This document shows positions 36,273 to 45,892 of a stretch of 64,000 nt of DNA, one piece after another. Location: NCBI GenBank assembly GCA_964597895.1, contig CAZQZS010000001.1, positions 81,008 through 145,007 of the forward strand, written 5' to 3'. This DNA is from an uncultured Candidatus Saccharibacteria bacterium. GTDB lineage: Bacteria; Patescibacteriota; Doudnabacteria; UBA920. The notes under the pieces were generated by a model. The model saw only the letters and a program-made list of their open reading frames with translations. It was not told the DNA's origin and made no database searches. Within the stretch, counting starts at the first letter, position 1. Each line of letters opens with the position of its first letter. The position numbers and the translations under genes are program-made.

Positions 36273-37721
36273 TTATTCATCATCATTATACGGCTTGCGT
36301 TCTAGAAAGAAACCAGAACTGGCTTGCGAGATTTTCTTTAGTGATTGCGGCGGTGCTTTGCGGCCGCGTTCATAATCTGATTGTCTGCGTTTGCGTGTGC
36401 TACCGGAGTTGCTGTCATAGGGCTGGGCATGACTGCGTCGCTTTGAGGGGCTTTCTGGGCGCCTTGATCGTTTTTCCGAACGTTCGCTAGAAGGCGCATA
36501 CTGCCGTGAACTGTTTCTTGGTTTGGCGTTCGGTCTTTGGTGTCCGCGTTCGCGCGGGCTTGGTTCGTAAGGCAGTGATTCGCCCTCAGGCAACGAGGCC
36601 GGTGTTTTTGAGACAGGCAAGGATTTCCGAATCAGTCTTTCAATTGTGTTGATGTCCCGTTTTTGGTCGTGCGTGGCAAATGAGATGGCATGGCCAGTGC
36701 GATCGGCACGGCCGGTGCGGCCGATGCGATGCACGTAATCTTCGGCCTGTTCTGGCAAGTCATAATTGATAACCAACTCTATGCCGGTAACGTCTATGCC
36801 GCGGGCAGCGATATCTGTGGCCACCAAGATTCTATATTTTCCAATTTTGAATCCGTTCAATGCTTCCAGTCGCTGGTTTAAAGTGCGGTTGGAATGAATT
36901 TCGGTTGCAGTTTCACCGTGATTGCGGATGGCTTGGGCAATTTTTTTTGCGCCAAACTTGGTACGAGAAAAGACAAGTACGCTTCCTTTATACTCTTGTA
37001 AAACTTTTTTTAGTAACGGCAGCTTTTGGTTTTTTGCAACAAAGAAAATTTCTTGCGTAATTGACTTTGCGGCAATGCCTGCCGGCGCAACTTCAATTCT
37101 GAGCGGAAGCTCCATATAAGTATCGGCAATCTTCATGATTTCGTTAGGCATTGTTGCAGAGAATAGCAACATCTGTTTTTGCTTCGGCACTGCTGCTAGG
37201 ACTTTTTTAATCTGTGGGGCAAATCCCATATCCAGCATGCGGTCCGCTTCATCCAGTACCACAATATTTGTCTGCGTTAGACTCAAGGTTTTTTGCTCAA
37301 TATGATCAATCAGGCGACCAGGCGTGGCGATGATGATATGCGGTTTGGTTCGCAGCGCGCGGAGCTGTTTGCCCATGGCTTCGCCGCCGATGAGAATCGC
37401 AGTTTTTAAGCCTAGTGAACCGCCGATTTTCTTGAGAGAATCGTTAACTTGTACGGCTAACTCTCTAGTCGGAAGGACTATTAAGCCGCGGCTTTTGCCG
37501 CCGCTTTGGGCCAAACGCTGAATCATCGGCAGACCAAAGGCTAGGGTTTTTCCGGTTCCAGTTTGGGCAATTCCGATTAAATCCTTACCTTCAATAGCAG
37601 CAGGTATAGACTGCTGCTGAATCGGCGTTGGGGTTTTAAAGTTGTGTTTAGCAAGAATATCCAGAAGCTTTGGCGCAATACCGAGGTTTGCGAAGCTGCC
37701 AGAGTTTGTTGGCGTTGTCAT
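36273..37721 (-). CDS. DEAD-box ATP-dependent RNA helicase
   Basis: AQTGTGKT, DEAD, SAT, HRIGRTGR motifs; basic R/S/K-rich C-terminal tail. Confidence 0.9.
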   Translation of the reverse strand: MTTPTNSGSFANLGIAPKLLDILAKHNFKTPTPIQQQSIPAAIEGKDLIGIAQTGTGKTLAFGLPMIQRLAQSGGKSRGLIVLPTRELAVQVNDSLKKIGGSLGLKTAILIGGEAMGKQLRALRTKPHIIIATPGRLIDHIEQKTLSLTQTNIVVLDEADRMLDMGFAPQIKKVLAAVPKQKQMLLFSATMPNEIMKIADTYMELPLRIEVAPAGIAAKSITQEIFFVAKNQKLPLLKKVLQEYKGSVLVFSRTKFGAKKIAQAIRNHGETATEIHSNRTLNQRLEALNGFKIGKYRILVATDIAARGIDVTGIELVINYDLPEQAEDYVHRIGRTGRADRTGHAISFATHDQKRDINTIERLIRKSLPVSKTPASLPEGESLPYEPSPRERGHQRPNAKPRNSSRQYAPSSERSEKRSRRPESPSKRRSHAQPYDSNSGSTRKRRQSDYERGRKAPPQSLKKISQASSGFFLERKPYNDDE

Positions 37722-37808
37722 AAAGATGGAAAAAGCTGGGCAAGCCAGCTTTAAGATAAGTTAAATTGGTAAGCTCATTATAGTGTAAACTTGCGGATTT
37801 AACAAGCC

Positions 37809-38909
37809 CTAAGGGATTAATAGCAATGGATCAATCCAGTCTTCTAAATCTTCTTTGGCCGTCACATAACCCAAGATGTTTATGGTTGTGCCGCGGCGCA
37901 CGCTTAAGTGCAAATGCTTGCGCGCGTCATCAGTTTCTATACCAGGTTCACCGAGTCTGGCAATGTATTGCCCGGATAGTAAAGAATCATTCATACTTGC
38001 GTTAACGCTGGCTAGAGCGATATGTCCGTAGATTACTTGAATAATTTGATCATTGATCTGGCATTGCTGAACCGCATATCCGCCATAACCAGATGCTGTG
38101 CCTTTGCGTTTGAGCGGACCGCTACAAATCGCCTTTACGCTGACTTGTTGCTCTGATTCATTGCCGATAATTTCAAAATCTACGCCGGTGTGATAGCCGT
38201 CAAATTTATCTGGCTGAACAGGGGATGTCTCTGGTGTAATAAAAATCCCGAATGGTTTTTTAGTAACGCGGGATTTGGCTTGCGGGAGCGGTTCAGTATA
38301 GCTTTGAAGGTCATTGTGGAAGCGGAGGCTTTTGAGGAACTCATCAAAAACAGTTTCGTTGAGCGCGGGATTGGCAGCAATAACGAAAAAAGTGCTGGGG
38401 TTGGTGTCGGCATAGCGAACGTCTATCAGCTTATGTTGTTCGTTCCGCCAGGCAGGCTGTGAAGGAAAATTGGCAGCCTCAGGCTGTTTGACAATTTCAT
38501 AACGGACAGCCGCGTGGTTGCCAAGAGTTGTTTCTTCGCGCGACAGAATGTCTACTGTATTAAGGGTTAAGAACGAATTAGCAGAGAAGTTGCGGATAAA
38601 AATTTGGGATTTGTCTAAACTTGTTTCGCCGGCGACATTCGGGTTATAAATGTTCAAACTGTCGTTAGCCGAAACATATTCAACCTCCCAGTCGTTAGAT
38701 ATATACCCAGAAAACTTATATGTGTCGTCAAAATTGCTGAACTCAACAAGTTTTGTGTCGGTGGAGGTGCTTAGTGTCGGCTGACTAGTCACACTTTTGT
38801 CGTCAGAATTTTTAGAATTTTTCTGCTCAGGTTTGGTAAAATAAACAGTACTAACTATCCCAGCGCCTACTAAGGCAAATACGATGATAATTGGCAGGAC
38901 TTTTTTCAT
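37809..38909 (-). CDS. secreted M23-family metallopeptidase
   Basis: Signal/TM N-terminus; GYHTGVDF ... YGH ... HLHLSV M23/LytM motifs. Confidence 0.6.
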   Translation of the reverse strand: MKKVLPIIIVFALVGAGIVSTVYFTKPEQKNSKNSDDKSVTSQPTLSTSTDTKLVEFSNFDDTYKFSGYISNDWEVEYVSANDSLNIYNPNVAGETSLDKSQIFIRNFSANSFLTLNTVDILSREETTLGNHAAVRYEIVKQPEAANFPSQPAWRNEQHKLIDVRYADTNPSTFFVIAANPALNETVFDEFLKSLRFHNDLQSYTEPLPQAKSRVTKKPFGIFITPETSPVQPDKFDGYHTGVDFEIIGNESEQQVSVKAICSGPLKRKGTASGYGGYAVQQCQINDQIIQVIYGHIALASVNASMNDSLLSGQYIARLGEPGIETDDARKHLHLSVRRGTTINILGYVTAKEDLEDWIDPLLLIP

Positions 38910-38942
38910 ATAAAGTTAGTATATCAAGTAATTTTAATTATA

Positions 38943-40487
38943 ATGAAACAAATATCCAAATATATTTTGGCTACAGCAATGGTATTCGGCTTGGTGATGC
39001 CCCAGCCTGCTCTAGCGCAGCTCTCAGCAATTAGAAGCATAATTTTTCCTGTGATAGGGACGGTGACTTACTATGACGATTTTGGAAATGCACGTGATGG
39101 CGGAGCCCGTAGTCATGAAGGTAACGATTTATTTGCAAAAAAAATGACCCCGCTGGTCGCAGCGGTTGACGGCACGATTGTGAATGTGAATTACCCGGAA
39201 GAAAGTTGGGGCATGGCTGTTACCATCCGCGATAAAGATGGCTTCACTTATCATTACATTCATATGAATAATGACACGCCCGGCACTGATGATGGTAATG
39301 GTGATGGCATTAATGCCTATGCAGTAGAAGTAATGGAAGGTAATAAAGTGGTGAAAGGTCAATTGATTGGTTATATCGGCGATAGCGGTAATGCTGAAAC
39401 CACGCCGCCGCATTTGCATTTTGAGATACGCCAGCCTGACCGGCAAGCCTTTAGTCCGTACCAGAGTTTGAAGGCGGCTACTAAAATCACTTCACCTGTT
39501 CCTGCGCCAAAACAAGACGGTGAAATTTTGCCTTACGAAGAGTTTAATGGCGGGGCTTCTTTAGCCGCTGCCAATCTAGACAAAGACGAAGATACTATTG
39601 AGTTGGTAACAGGAGCTGGCCCAGGCGGCGGCCCGTTAGTAAAAGTTTTTGATGAAGCCGGCAAACAGCTTGCTGCTTTTTATGCTTATGATCCAAACTT
39701 CAGCGGGGGAGTGGATGTTGCGGCCGCAGATGTTGATGATGACGGCGTAGCCGAGATAATCACCGCACCAGGCCCAGGCGGCGGCCCGCATATTAGAATT
39801 TTTGACAGCAAGGGTACTCCAATCAATAATAGTGCAATTAAAGAATTTTTTGCATATGATACCAACTTTACTGGAGGTGTATTTATAGATGCAGGAGATA
39901 TAGATAATGACGGAGTAGCCGAGATTGCCACAGGAGCTGGTCCAGGCGGCGGCCCGCATGTCAAAATTTTTAAACCTAACGGCAGCGCGATTAAAGATTT
40001 TTTTCCTTATGACTCTAATTTTCGTGGGGGAGTAGATGTTGCGGTCATTCCAGCTGGGCGCAGTTCTTCCAGAAATTCTCGCATTACACCTGGTGGTGTT
40101 GTTACCGCACCAGGCCCAGGCGGCGGCCCGCATGTGCGTATCTACGACGAAGATTTTGTACTGGACAATGAGTTCTTTGCCTATGATGGAAACTTTAATG
40201 TTGGTCTCAGGGTTTCTGCCGGTAATGCTGACACGAGCGAAGCCGGGATGGAAATCGCAACCGTGCCGGCAACTAGCGGTGGTCCGCATGCTAAGCTGTT
40301 TAGCCGCAGCGGCGAACAGATCTTTAGTGGCCTGATTGAGTTTGAGCCATGGTGGCGCGGCGGTTATGATATCGCGTTGCATGATGGCGGCGGGTACAAG
40401 AGCAGTTTCGGGGGTAGACGAGCTAGCGTGCGTGAAGCATCTTTTCGATCATTCAGTTTGGATCGTGATTGGCGCGATAGAAATTAA
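38943..40487 (+). CDS. M23 peptidase fused to five FG-GAP-like repeats
   Basis: HEGNDLFA...PPHLHFEIR M23 motifs, then five repeats of G(A/P)GPGGGPHV(K/R)IF; signal peptide. Confidence 0.7.
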   Translation: MKQISKYILATAMVFGLVMPQPALAQLSAIRSIIFPVIGTVTYYDDFGNARDGGARSHEGNDLFAKKMTPLVAAVDGTIVNVNYPEESWGMAVTIRDKDGFTYHYIHMNNDTPGTDDGNGDGINAYAVEVMEGNKVVKGQLIGYIGDSGNAETTPPHLHFEIRQPDRQAFSPYQSLKAATKITSPVPAPKQDGEILPYEEFNGGASLAAANLDKDEDTIELVTGAGPGGGPLVKVFDEAGKQLAAFYAYDPNFSGGVDVAAADVDDDGVAEIITAPGPGGGPHIRIFDSKGTPINNSAIKEFFAYDTNFTGGVFIDAGDIDNDGVAEIATGAGPGGGPHVKIFKPNGSAIKDFFPYDSNFRGGVDVAVIPAGRSSSRNSRITPGGVVTAPGPGGGPHVRIYDEDFVLDNEFFAYDGNFNVGLRVSAGNADTSEAGMEIATVPATSGGPHAKLFSRSGEQIFSGLIEFEPWWRGGYDIALHDGGGYKSSFGGRRASVREASFRSFSLDRDWRDRN

Positions 40488-40490
40488 ATT

Positions 40491-41885
40491 ATGGTACAAA
40501 AATCAAAACAAAATCTTTCGCCATGGCTTCATTATTCAGCTTGCGACCGCCCGGTTAAAAAACTATCAGAAGACGAGCAGGTAGAAGTGGCCATTACTGG
40601 TGCTGGGATTGCGGGCGTTGCCAGCGCTTATTTTTTACTCAAGCATACAAGCATTCCTAGAATCGCTTTGGTAGAAGCCAGGCGTGTGGCTCATGGGGCC
40701 AGCGGCCACAACGGCGGTTTCTTGGCGACGTATTTTGAGCGCAGCTTTCGTGACTTGGTCTCTGAGTTTGGTTTGGACATGGCCAGTAGCGGTCAGCGCG
40801 ACATGGACAGCGCTTGGGATTTGCTAGATCAAATGATTGCTGATACACATATTAACGTACCAGTTCAAAAATTTACTGGTTACACAGCCATCCAAACCAA
40901 AGAGCAAATCTTTGCTTTTTTGGAAGACAATAGACTTCGTACGCAGGGCGGCTTGCCAACCGAACCGATGTTGATTTCAGACACTCAGTCTTGGCTCGAT
41001 CAAATTCCAAAAAAGTATCAGCCATTTTATACTCTGGCGAGTCATGCTGATATTTTGGCATTACTGCAATCAAAAGACGATAGTTATATCGGATTACTGC
41101 AAACCCCTAAAGGCACAGCCAATAGTGCGATGCTTTGTGAGCAATTGGTTTGCTGGATGCTGGAACGTTATCCCGAACGCTTTCAATTATATGAAGAAAC
41201 TAAGATTGACGAGTTGGTCCTAAAGCAAGACTTTGCTGTGCTCGCAACAGACGGCGGCCAGAAAATCACTGCCGGCAAGATAGTCCTATGTACCAACGGT
41301 TTTGAAAATTTTAAGATTGTTAACGAAAATGGGCCGGAGATTGACAGCAAGTTTCATCACTTGGTGCGTGGTATTGTCGGTTATATGGCTGGCTATATAG
41401 AAGATCGTTTGGTGCCGGCAGGGGAGACCAGCTTTCTGCCGAAAGGGATGACTAATCCTAGACGAGATATTTTTTCTGAGGAAGCATATTTTTATTTAAC
41501 AAAGCGTCCTATGCAAATTGATAATCAAAGCTCAACTTTGGTTTGTTTAGGTGGCCCCGAAACTTTACTAGAAGATACAGCAAATTATGATCATCAAGAG
41601 CCTTATCCAGATTTTGCTTTACACCAATTTAACAATTTTTTGCAAAAAACTTACCAGTTAAAAGTTCACGATAGACTGCATTATAGGTTTTTATGGCACG
41701 GCTTGATGGGTTTTACACCTAATGGAGTTCGTCTGATTGGTCCAGAGCCAAGGAATCCGATTTTACTTTATAATCTAGGTTGCAACGGCGTGGGTTTATT
41801 GCCATCTATATTTGGCGGCCGTAAAATCGCCAGCTTCCTGGCTGGCGAAAAGCTGGCTCCGTCTATGTTTGATCCGCAACAATAA
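40491..41885 (+). CDS. FAD-dependent oxidoreductase (DAO family)
   Basis: VAITGAGIAGVASAY Rossmann GxGxxG motif, 464 aa. Confidence 0.6.
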   Translation: MVQKSKQNLSPWLHYSACDRPVKKLSEDEQVEVAITGAGIAGVASAYFLLKHTSIPRIALVEARRVAHGASGHNGGFLATYFERSFRDLVSEFGLDMASSGQRDMDSAWDLLDQMIADTHINVPVQKFTGYTAIQTKEQIFAFLEDNRLRTQGGLPTEPMLISDTQSWLDQIPKKYQPFYTLASHADILALLQSKDDSYIGLLQTPKGTANSAMLCEQLVCWMLERYPERFQLYEETKIDELVLKQDFAVLATDGGQKITAGKIVLCTNGFENFKIVNENGPEIDSKFHHLVRGIVGYMAGYIEDRLVPAGETSFLPKGMTNPRRDIFSEEAYFYLTKRPMQIDNQSSTLVCLGGPETLLEDTANYDHQEPYPDFALHQFNNFLQKTYQLKVHDRLHYRFLWHGLMGFTPNGVRLIGPEPRNPILLYNLGCNGVGLLPSIFGGRKIASFLAGEKLAPSMFDPQQ

Positions 41886-41905
41886 AACTCAGAGCAAACT
41901 GAGTT

Positions 41906-43540
41906 TTAATTGTGCCGCAAATGTTCGGTGTAGTAGCTCATGTTGGCTTCGGTTTTTTTGTGCGGATTAAAGATATTCTCTGGATCAAAGATTTTTTTCA
42001 CCTGTTTGAACAGGGCAAAGATTTCTGGACCGTACATGTGTTCCAAGAATGGACCGCGTACTAGGCCGTCGTTATGTTCGGCGGTAATAGTGCCATCATA
42101 TTCCTTAACTAAATCAAACACTGCGTTACTCATTTCTACTACTTGACGGCGGTGTTCTTCGGTGGATAAGTCAATTAATGGAATAATGTGGAAATTAGCA
42201 TCGCCTGCGTGGCCGGCTAGAGTTGAAATAAAGTCTGGATACCGCTTGATAATCTTATTGAGTTTAGGAATAAAACTTGGCAGCTGATCAGGGTGGACAG
42301 CAATGTCTTCAATGAATGGCGCGCTGATTTTTCGGGCATTGTGCTGACGCAGTAAGTTGTAGCTTTCACGGCGGAATGTCCAGTATTTTTGGGCTTGCTC
42401 GAAAGTTTTACAAACTTTTACGGACAGATTGAAGTGTTGGTTTAAGTTTTGGGCAGCTTCGTGAGCGGCTTTGGCGGCTTGTTCTTGGGTTGGTGCAGTG
42501 AATTCTGCTAACAATACCAATTTTGGTAAACCACCAGTCATAAAACTTAACATGTCCGGCAGGAATTGCTTTAGTAGTTTAAGCTTGGAGCCTTTCATTC
42601 GCGATAGCATCTCTGGCCAATACTTAATTGCCAATCGAAAAGTTTGATCGTCAAATACTTCAAAACTTTCTGGCTTAAGTTCGTTCACATGGTTGATGAT
42701 CTCGCCAAGCAGTTTAAGGTCATGCAGGTAGAAGACAATTAGCTGGCGGCCACGTTCAACCGGTACAAGCTTCCACTTGATATTGGTAATTATTCCCAGA
42801 GTGCCTTGCGAGCCCACAAATAATTTGGTGAGATCAAAAGTATTGTTATCCCATACATCCCACAAAAAATAACCAGCTGCATTCTTGGATGTCGTGGGTT
42901 TGGCTTTTTGGATTTTTTGGAAGTTGTTGCGTACGAGCTCATAAACTTGTTTATAGAGTCGTCCTTCAAAATCGTCTTTGGCAATTTTTGAGTCTAGTTC
43001 AGAAGAGGTGAGGGGTTTGATGTGGTAGGTATTGCCGTCGGCTAAGACTACGTCTAGTTCGACTACATAATTTTTTACTTGCCCGAACTTAAAAGTCTTT
43101 TCACCGCCTGCATTATTGCCAACCATGCCGCCGGTTGCGCACCAGGCTTTGGAAACAGGGTAAGCCGGCATAATCACATTCTTGGCCAGTAGCCTGGGTT
43201 CTAGATCGCGGAAGAATACTCCGGGCCCGGTTTCTACTGACTCATTGGTCAGGTTATTTATATGATTGAGGTGTGCTACATTCACAATCAAAGAATCATT
43301 GATACTGCCGCCAGTCATATCTGTTCCGCCAGCGCGGGGAGTAAGGGAGAGCTCTGGAAATTTTGCTTTGTTTGCGTTTACATATTTTACCAAAGCGCAA
43401 ACATCAGCGCTGTCTTGCGGACTTACAACGGCAGTCGGATGGATTTCAAAAATGCTCGCGTCGCGAGAGAATTTTGTGAGGGTTGCTTCGTCAGTTGTAA
43501 TTTCGCCTTTAAAATTTTGTTTCAAACCGTCTAGGTCCAT
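41906..43540 (-). CDS. FAD-linked oxidase (GlcD / D-lactate dehydrogenase-like)
   Basis: 544 aa with FAD_binding_4-like N-terminal domain and FAD-oxidase C-terminal domain. Confidence 0.65.
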   Translation of the reverse strand: MDLDGLKQNFKGEITTDEATLTKFSRDASIFEIHPTAVVSPQDSADVCALVKYVNANKAKFPELSLTPRAGGTDMTGGSINDSLIVNVAHLNHINNLTNESVETGPGVFFRDLEPRLLAKNVIMPAYPVSKAWCATGGMVGNNAGGEKTFKFGQVKNYVVELDVVLADGNTYHIKPLTSSELDSKIAKDDFEGRLYKQVYELVRNNFQKIQKAKPTTSKNAAGYFLWDVWDNNTFDLTKLFVGSQGTLGIITNIKWKLVPVERGRQLIVFYLHDLKLLGEIINHVNELKPESFEVFDDQTFRLAIKYWPEMLSRMKGSKLKLLKQFLPDMLSFMTGGLPKLVLLAEFTAPTQEQAAKAAHEAAQNLNQHFNLSVKVCKTFEQAQKYWTFRRESYNLLRQHNARKISAPFIEDIAVHPDQLPSFIPKLNKIIKRYPDFISTLAGHAGDANFHIIPLIDLSTEEHRRQVVEMSNAVFDLVKEYDGTITAEHNDGLVRGPFLEHMYGPEIFALFKQVKKIFDPENIFNPHKKTEANMSYYTEHLRHN

Positions 43541-43660
43541 AGCTGTATTATAGCAGATAGCTTGACAAATCGTTAAAAAATGCTATAATTTAGATGAATT
43601 AAATACTCGTGGCAGGGAAGTATTTTTTTGTTGCTGTAATTAATCAAGGAAGGGAGTCCT

Positions 43661-44143
43661 ATGGCACCTAAACATCAAAAACCAGTTGTGAGCGGGGTGG
43701 AGCGCTTGGCGGCTAAGTTTACTGCCTGGCTAGGATCTCCGGCATCTATTATTGCCCACACCTTTGTTTTTATTGGCGCGTTTGTTTTTGTTTTGCTCGG
43801 CACGCCTTTAAATACTGTGTTGCTGGTATTAACGACTGCTGTTTCGCTTGAAGCAATTTATCTGGCGCTATTTATTCAGATGAGCGTAAATAAGAATACA
43901 CAAAGCTTAGCCGAAGTTGAGGAAGACATTGAAGAAATCGCCGAAGACGTTGAGGGGATCGAAAAAGACATTGATGAAATCGAAAAAGACATTGATGAAA
44001 TCCAAGAGGATGTAGAAGAGATCGAAAAGGATGATGAAGATGATTTACATGATGCTGAAACAATGAAGACTCTTTCTGAGTTGCAAAACCACATGATTAC
44101 CATCACCAAAGAAATTCAAAACCTCAAAGAACAGAAAAAATGA
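43661..44143 (+). CDS. DUF1003-like membrane protein with acidic repeat tail
   Basis: Two TM helices then EDIEEIAEDVEGIEKDIDEIEKDIDEIQEDVEEIEKD repeats. Confidence 0.45.
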   Translation: MAPKHQKPVVSGVERLAAKFTAWLGSPASIIAHTFVFIGAFVFVLLGTPLNTVLLVLTTAVSLEAIYLALFIQMSVNKNTQSLAEVEEDIEEIAEDVEGIEKDIDEIEKDIDEIQEDVEEIEKDDEDDLHDAETMKTLSELQNHMITITKEIQNLKEQKK

Positions 44144-44185
44144 ATTGAGTTATAAAGAAGCGCCAGCTAGAATGCTGGCGCTTTG

Positions 44186-44869
44186 TTATTCAATTGGCTT
44201 GCTGACAAAAGTGGCTTGGCCTAACGAGCTATTGGCTTCGTATTTTCTTGTCACGATACCCAGTAGTGTTTCGCCGTCACGCGAGTAGATGCAGCCTCCA
44301 GAGATGCCGCTGTCTACGTATTGTGCGGAGATAATTTTCTTGTCGGTAAGCACTCGCTTCGTGTTTTCATCAACAGCGTCACTCAGGATTTTGCCAGGCT
44401 GGACTAATGTACTGAACCCTCCCGGACTACCAACAATGATGATATCGTGGTTATCACCAAAGCTATTGTAGTTGTCTAATTCGGCATGCCGTTTATCAAT
44501 CTCGGCAAAAGTTGAGAGTACTGCTAAATCCAGTTCTTGGTTTCTGATTGGGTCGGATATTAATCTGGCCCTCTCGTCATTTACTGCAATCGCTGGGTTA
44601 GCGTTCAGGTCTCCCAGGCAGTGGAGCGCAGTTAGTACGTAACCTTTTCGGATTAAACAGCCCGAGCATTGCGAACCCCCGGCAGTCACAGTAACTGAGC
44701 GGTTTTTGGTCTTAGCTTTCACTTCTGGTGGTATATCAAACCAGGGCTTCACAGTGAGCTGGGGTAATTGCACGGGAGTGAGGCCAAAGAAATGTGCCGT
44801 CACCATACCAAGACCAAAAGTTATCACCACAACCATCACTCTCAAAAATATGGACAGCTTATTGTTCAT
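44186..44869 (-). CDS. secreted trypsin-like (S1) serine peptidase
   Basis: TALHC (His) and DSGISGG (Ser) catalytic motifs; signal/TM N-terminus. Confidence 0.6.
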   Translation of the reverse strand: MNNKLSIFLRVMVVVITFGLGMVTAHFFGLTPVQLPQLTVKPWFDIPPEVKAKTKNRSVTVTAGGSQCSGCLIRKGYVLTALHCLGDLNANPAIAVNDERARLISDPIRNQELDLAVLSTFAEIDKRHAELDNYNSFGDNHDIIIVGSPGGFSTLVQPGKILSDAVDENTKRVLTDKKIISAQYVDSGISGGCIYSRDGETLLGIVTRKYEANSSLGQATFVSKPIE

Positions 44870-44997
44870 TTTGACCTCCTGTCTAGTTTTCAGTATTTGG
44901 TATTTTTATCGTAGCATATACGGGTTTGTGGATAAAATCCTTTTATTAAAAAAACTATATGGGATAATATAGCTATATTTAATTAACACAAAAATCC

Positions 44998-45855
44998 ATG
45001 GGTAATTCTAAAGGAAAATTTTTGAATTATTTTACGAGACAGCATTTAATGCTTTTATTGCTTTTAGTGGTCGCTGCAGGGGGATTAGTGTATTGGCGCT
45101 ATTATAGTGCAAATCCTCCGAGTGCATTGTATTCTAGTGCAGATGAACAGCCTCCTCACTGGTCACATACAGAGGATTTTCCAGTTAGCATACCTTTGCT
45201 TAATCATACTTCTTTTCAGTGGCAACCCCCACTCAATAAGGCTTTAGGTATTTGGGAGTCAAGTGGTTTAGTTGATTATGAAGAACTTGCTGGAGGCGAT
45301 TTTGAGTGTTATCCAATCAGATTAGATCCAGAAAAAATGAATATTTGTAATTTTTCTGAGTCAGGAATCTATCCAGCCATCGCAGCTATGTACGTTGCCC
45401 CGAATGGCTATATTCACGGTGGCACTGTCGCGCTCAATGATTATTATCTATTTGATCCCAAGTCAGAATATGGTAATGATATTATTCGTCAAAAAATACT
45501 TTGCTGGGGATTAGGGTGGACTTTTGGTTCCCCGATGAGATATCTGGATCCCAATGATGCTAAAAGTTGTATGAATGCGTTTTATACCGTAGAGACAGCT
45601 GCGAACATGCAAGAGCCAGATGAGTATGACTATCGCGCCTTAAAGAACATCTATTCTCATCAGGGTATACCATCTTCTAGTGCTGTGACTTATAAAATGC
45701 AGCAAGCCAATGTGCTCTTGAGTCAAAATTATTTTGGTACACTTGATGCAAAACAAAGTAATGAGCTTGTAGACTATTATGTTATGGATTTAGGTGAGGG
45801 GTTTGAAGTGCTTGTTATGGGAATAAAAAATATATCAGGAAGCGTTACAAAATAA
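44998..45855 (+). CDS. hypothetical secreted protein
   Basis: 285 aa, N-terminal TM/signal; no recognisable family. Confidence 0.35.
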   Translation: MGNSKGKFLNYFTRQHLMLLLLLVVAAGGLVYWRYYSANPPSALYSSADEQPPHWSHTEDFPVSIPLLNHTSFQWQPPLNKALGIWESSGLVDYEELAGGDFECYPIRLDPEKMNICNFSESGIYPAIAAMYVAPNGYIHGGTVALNDYYLFDPKSEYGNDIIRQKILCWGLGWTFGSPMRYLDPNDAKSCMNAFYTVETAANMQEPDEYDYRALKNIYSHQGIPSSSAVTYKMQQANVLLSQNYFGTLDAKQSNELVDYYVMDLGEGFEVLVMGIKNISGSVTK

Positions 45856-45892
45856 AAAAACCGTCCTGGGGCAAGCTCAGGACGGTTTTTTT
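45855..45892. terminator. bidirectional terminator
   Basis: aaaaaaccgtcctg-gggcaagc-tcaggacggttttttt. Confidence 0.55.

Noticed and set aside
39636-40382. 248-aa minus-strand ORF inside the M23/FG-GAP gene
   Set aside because: It is an antisense frame kept open by the GGC/GGN-rich repeat sequence.
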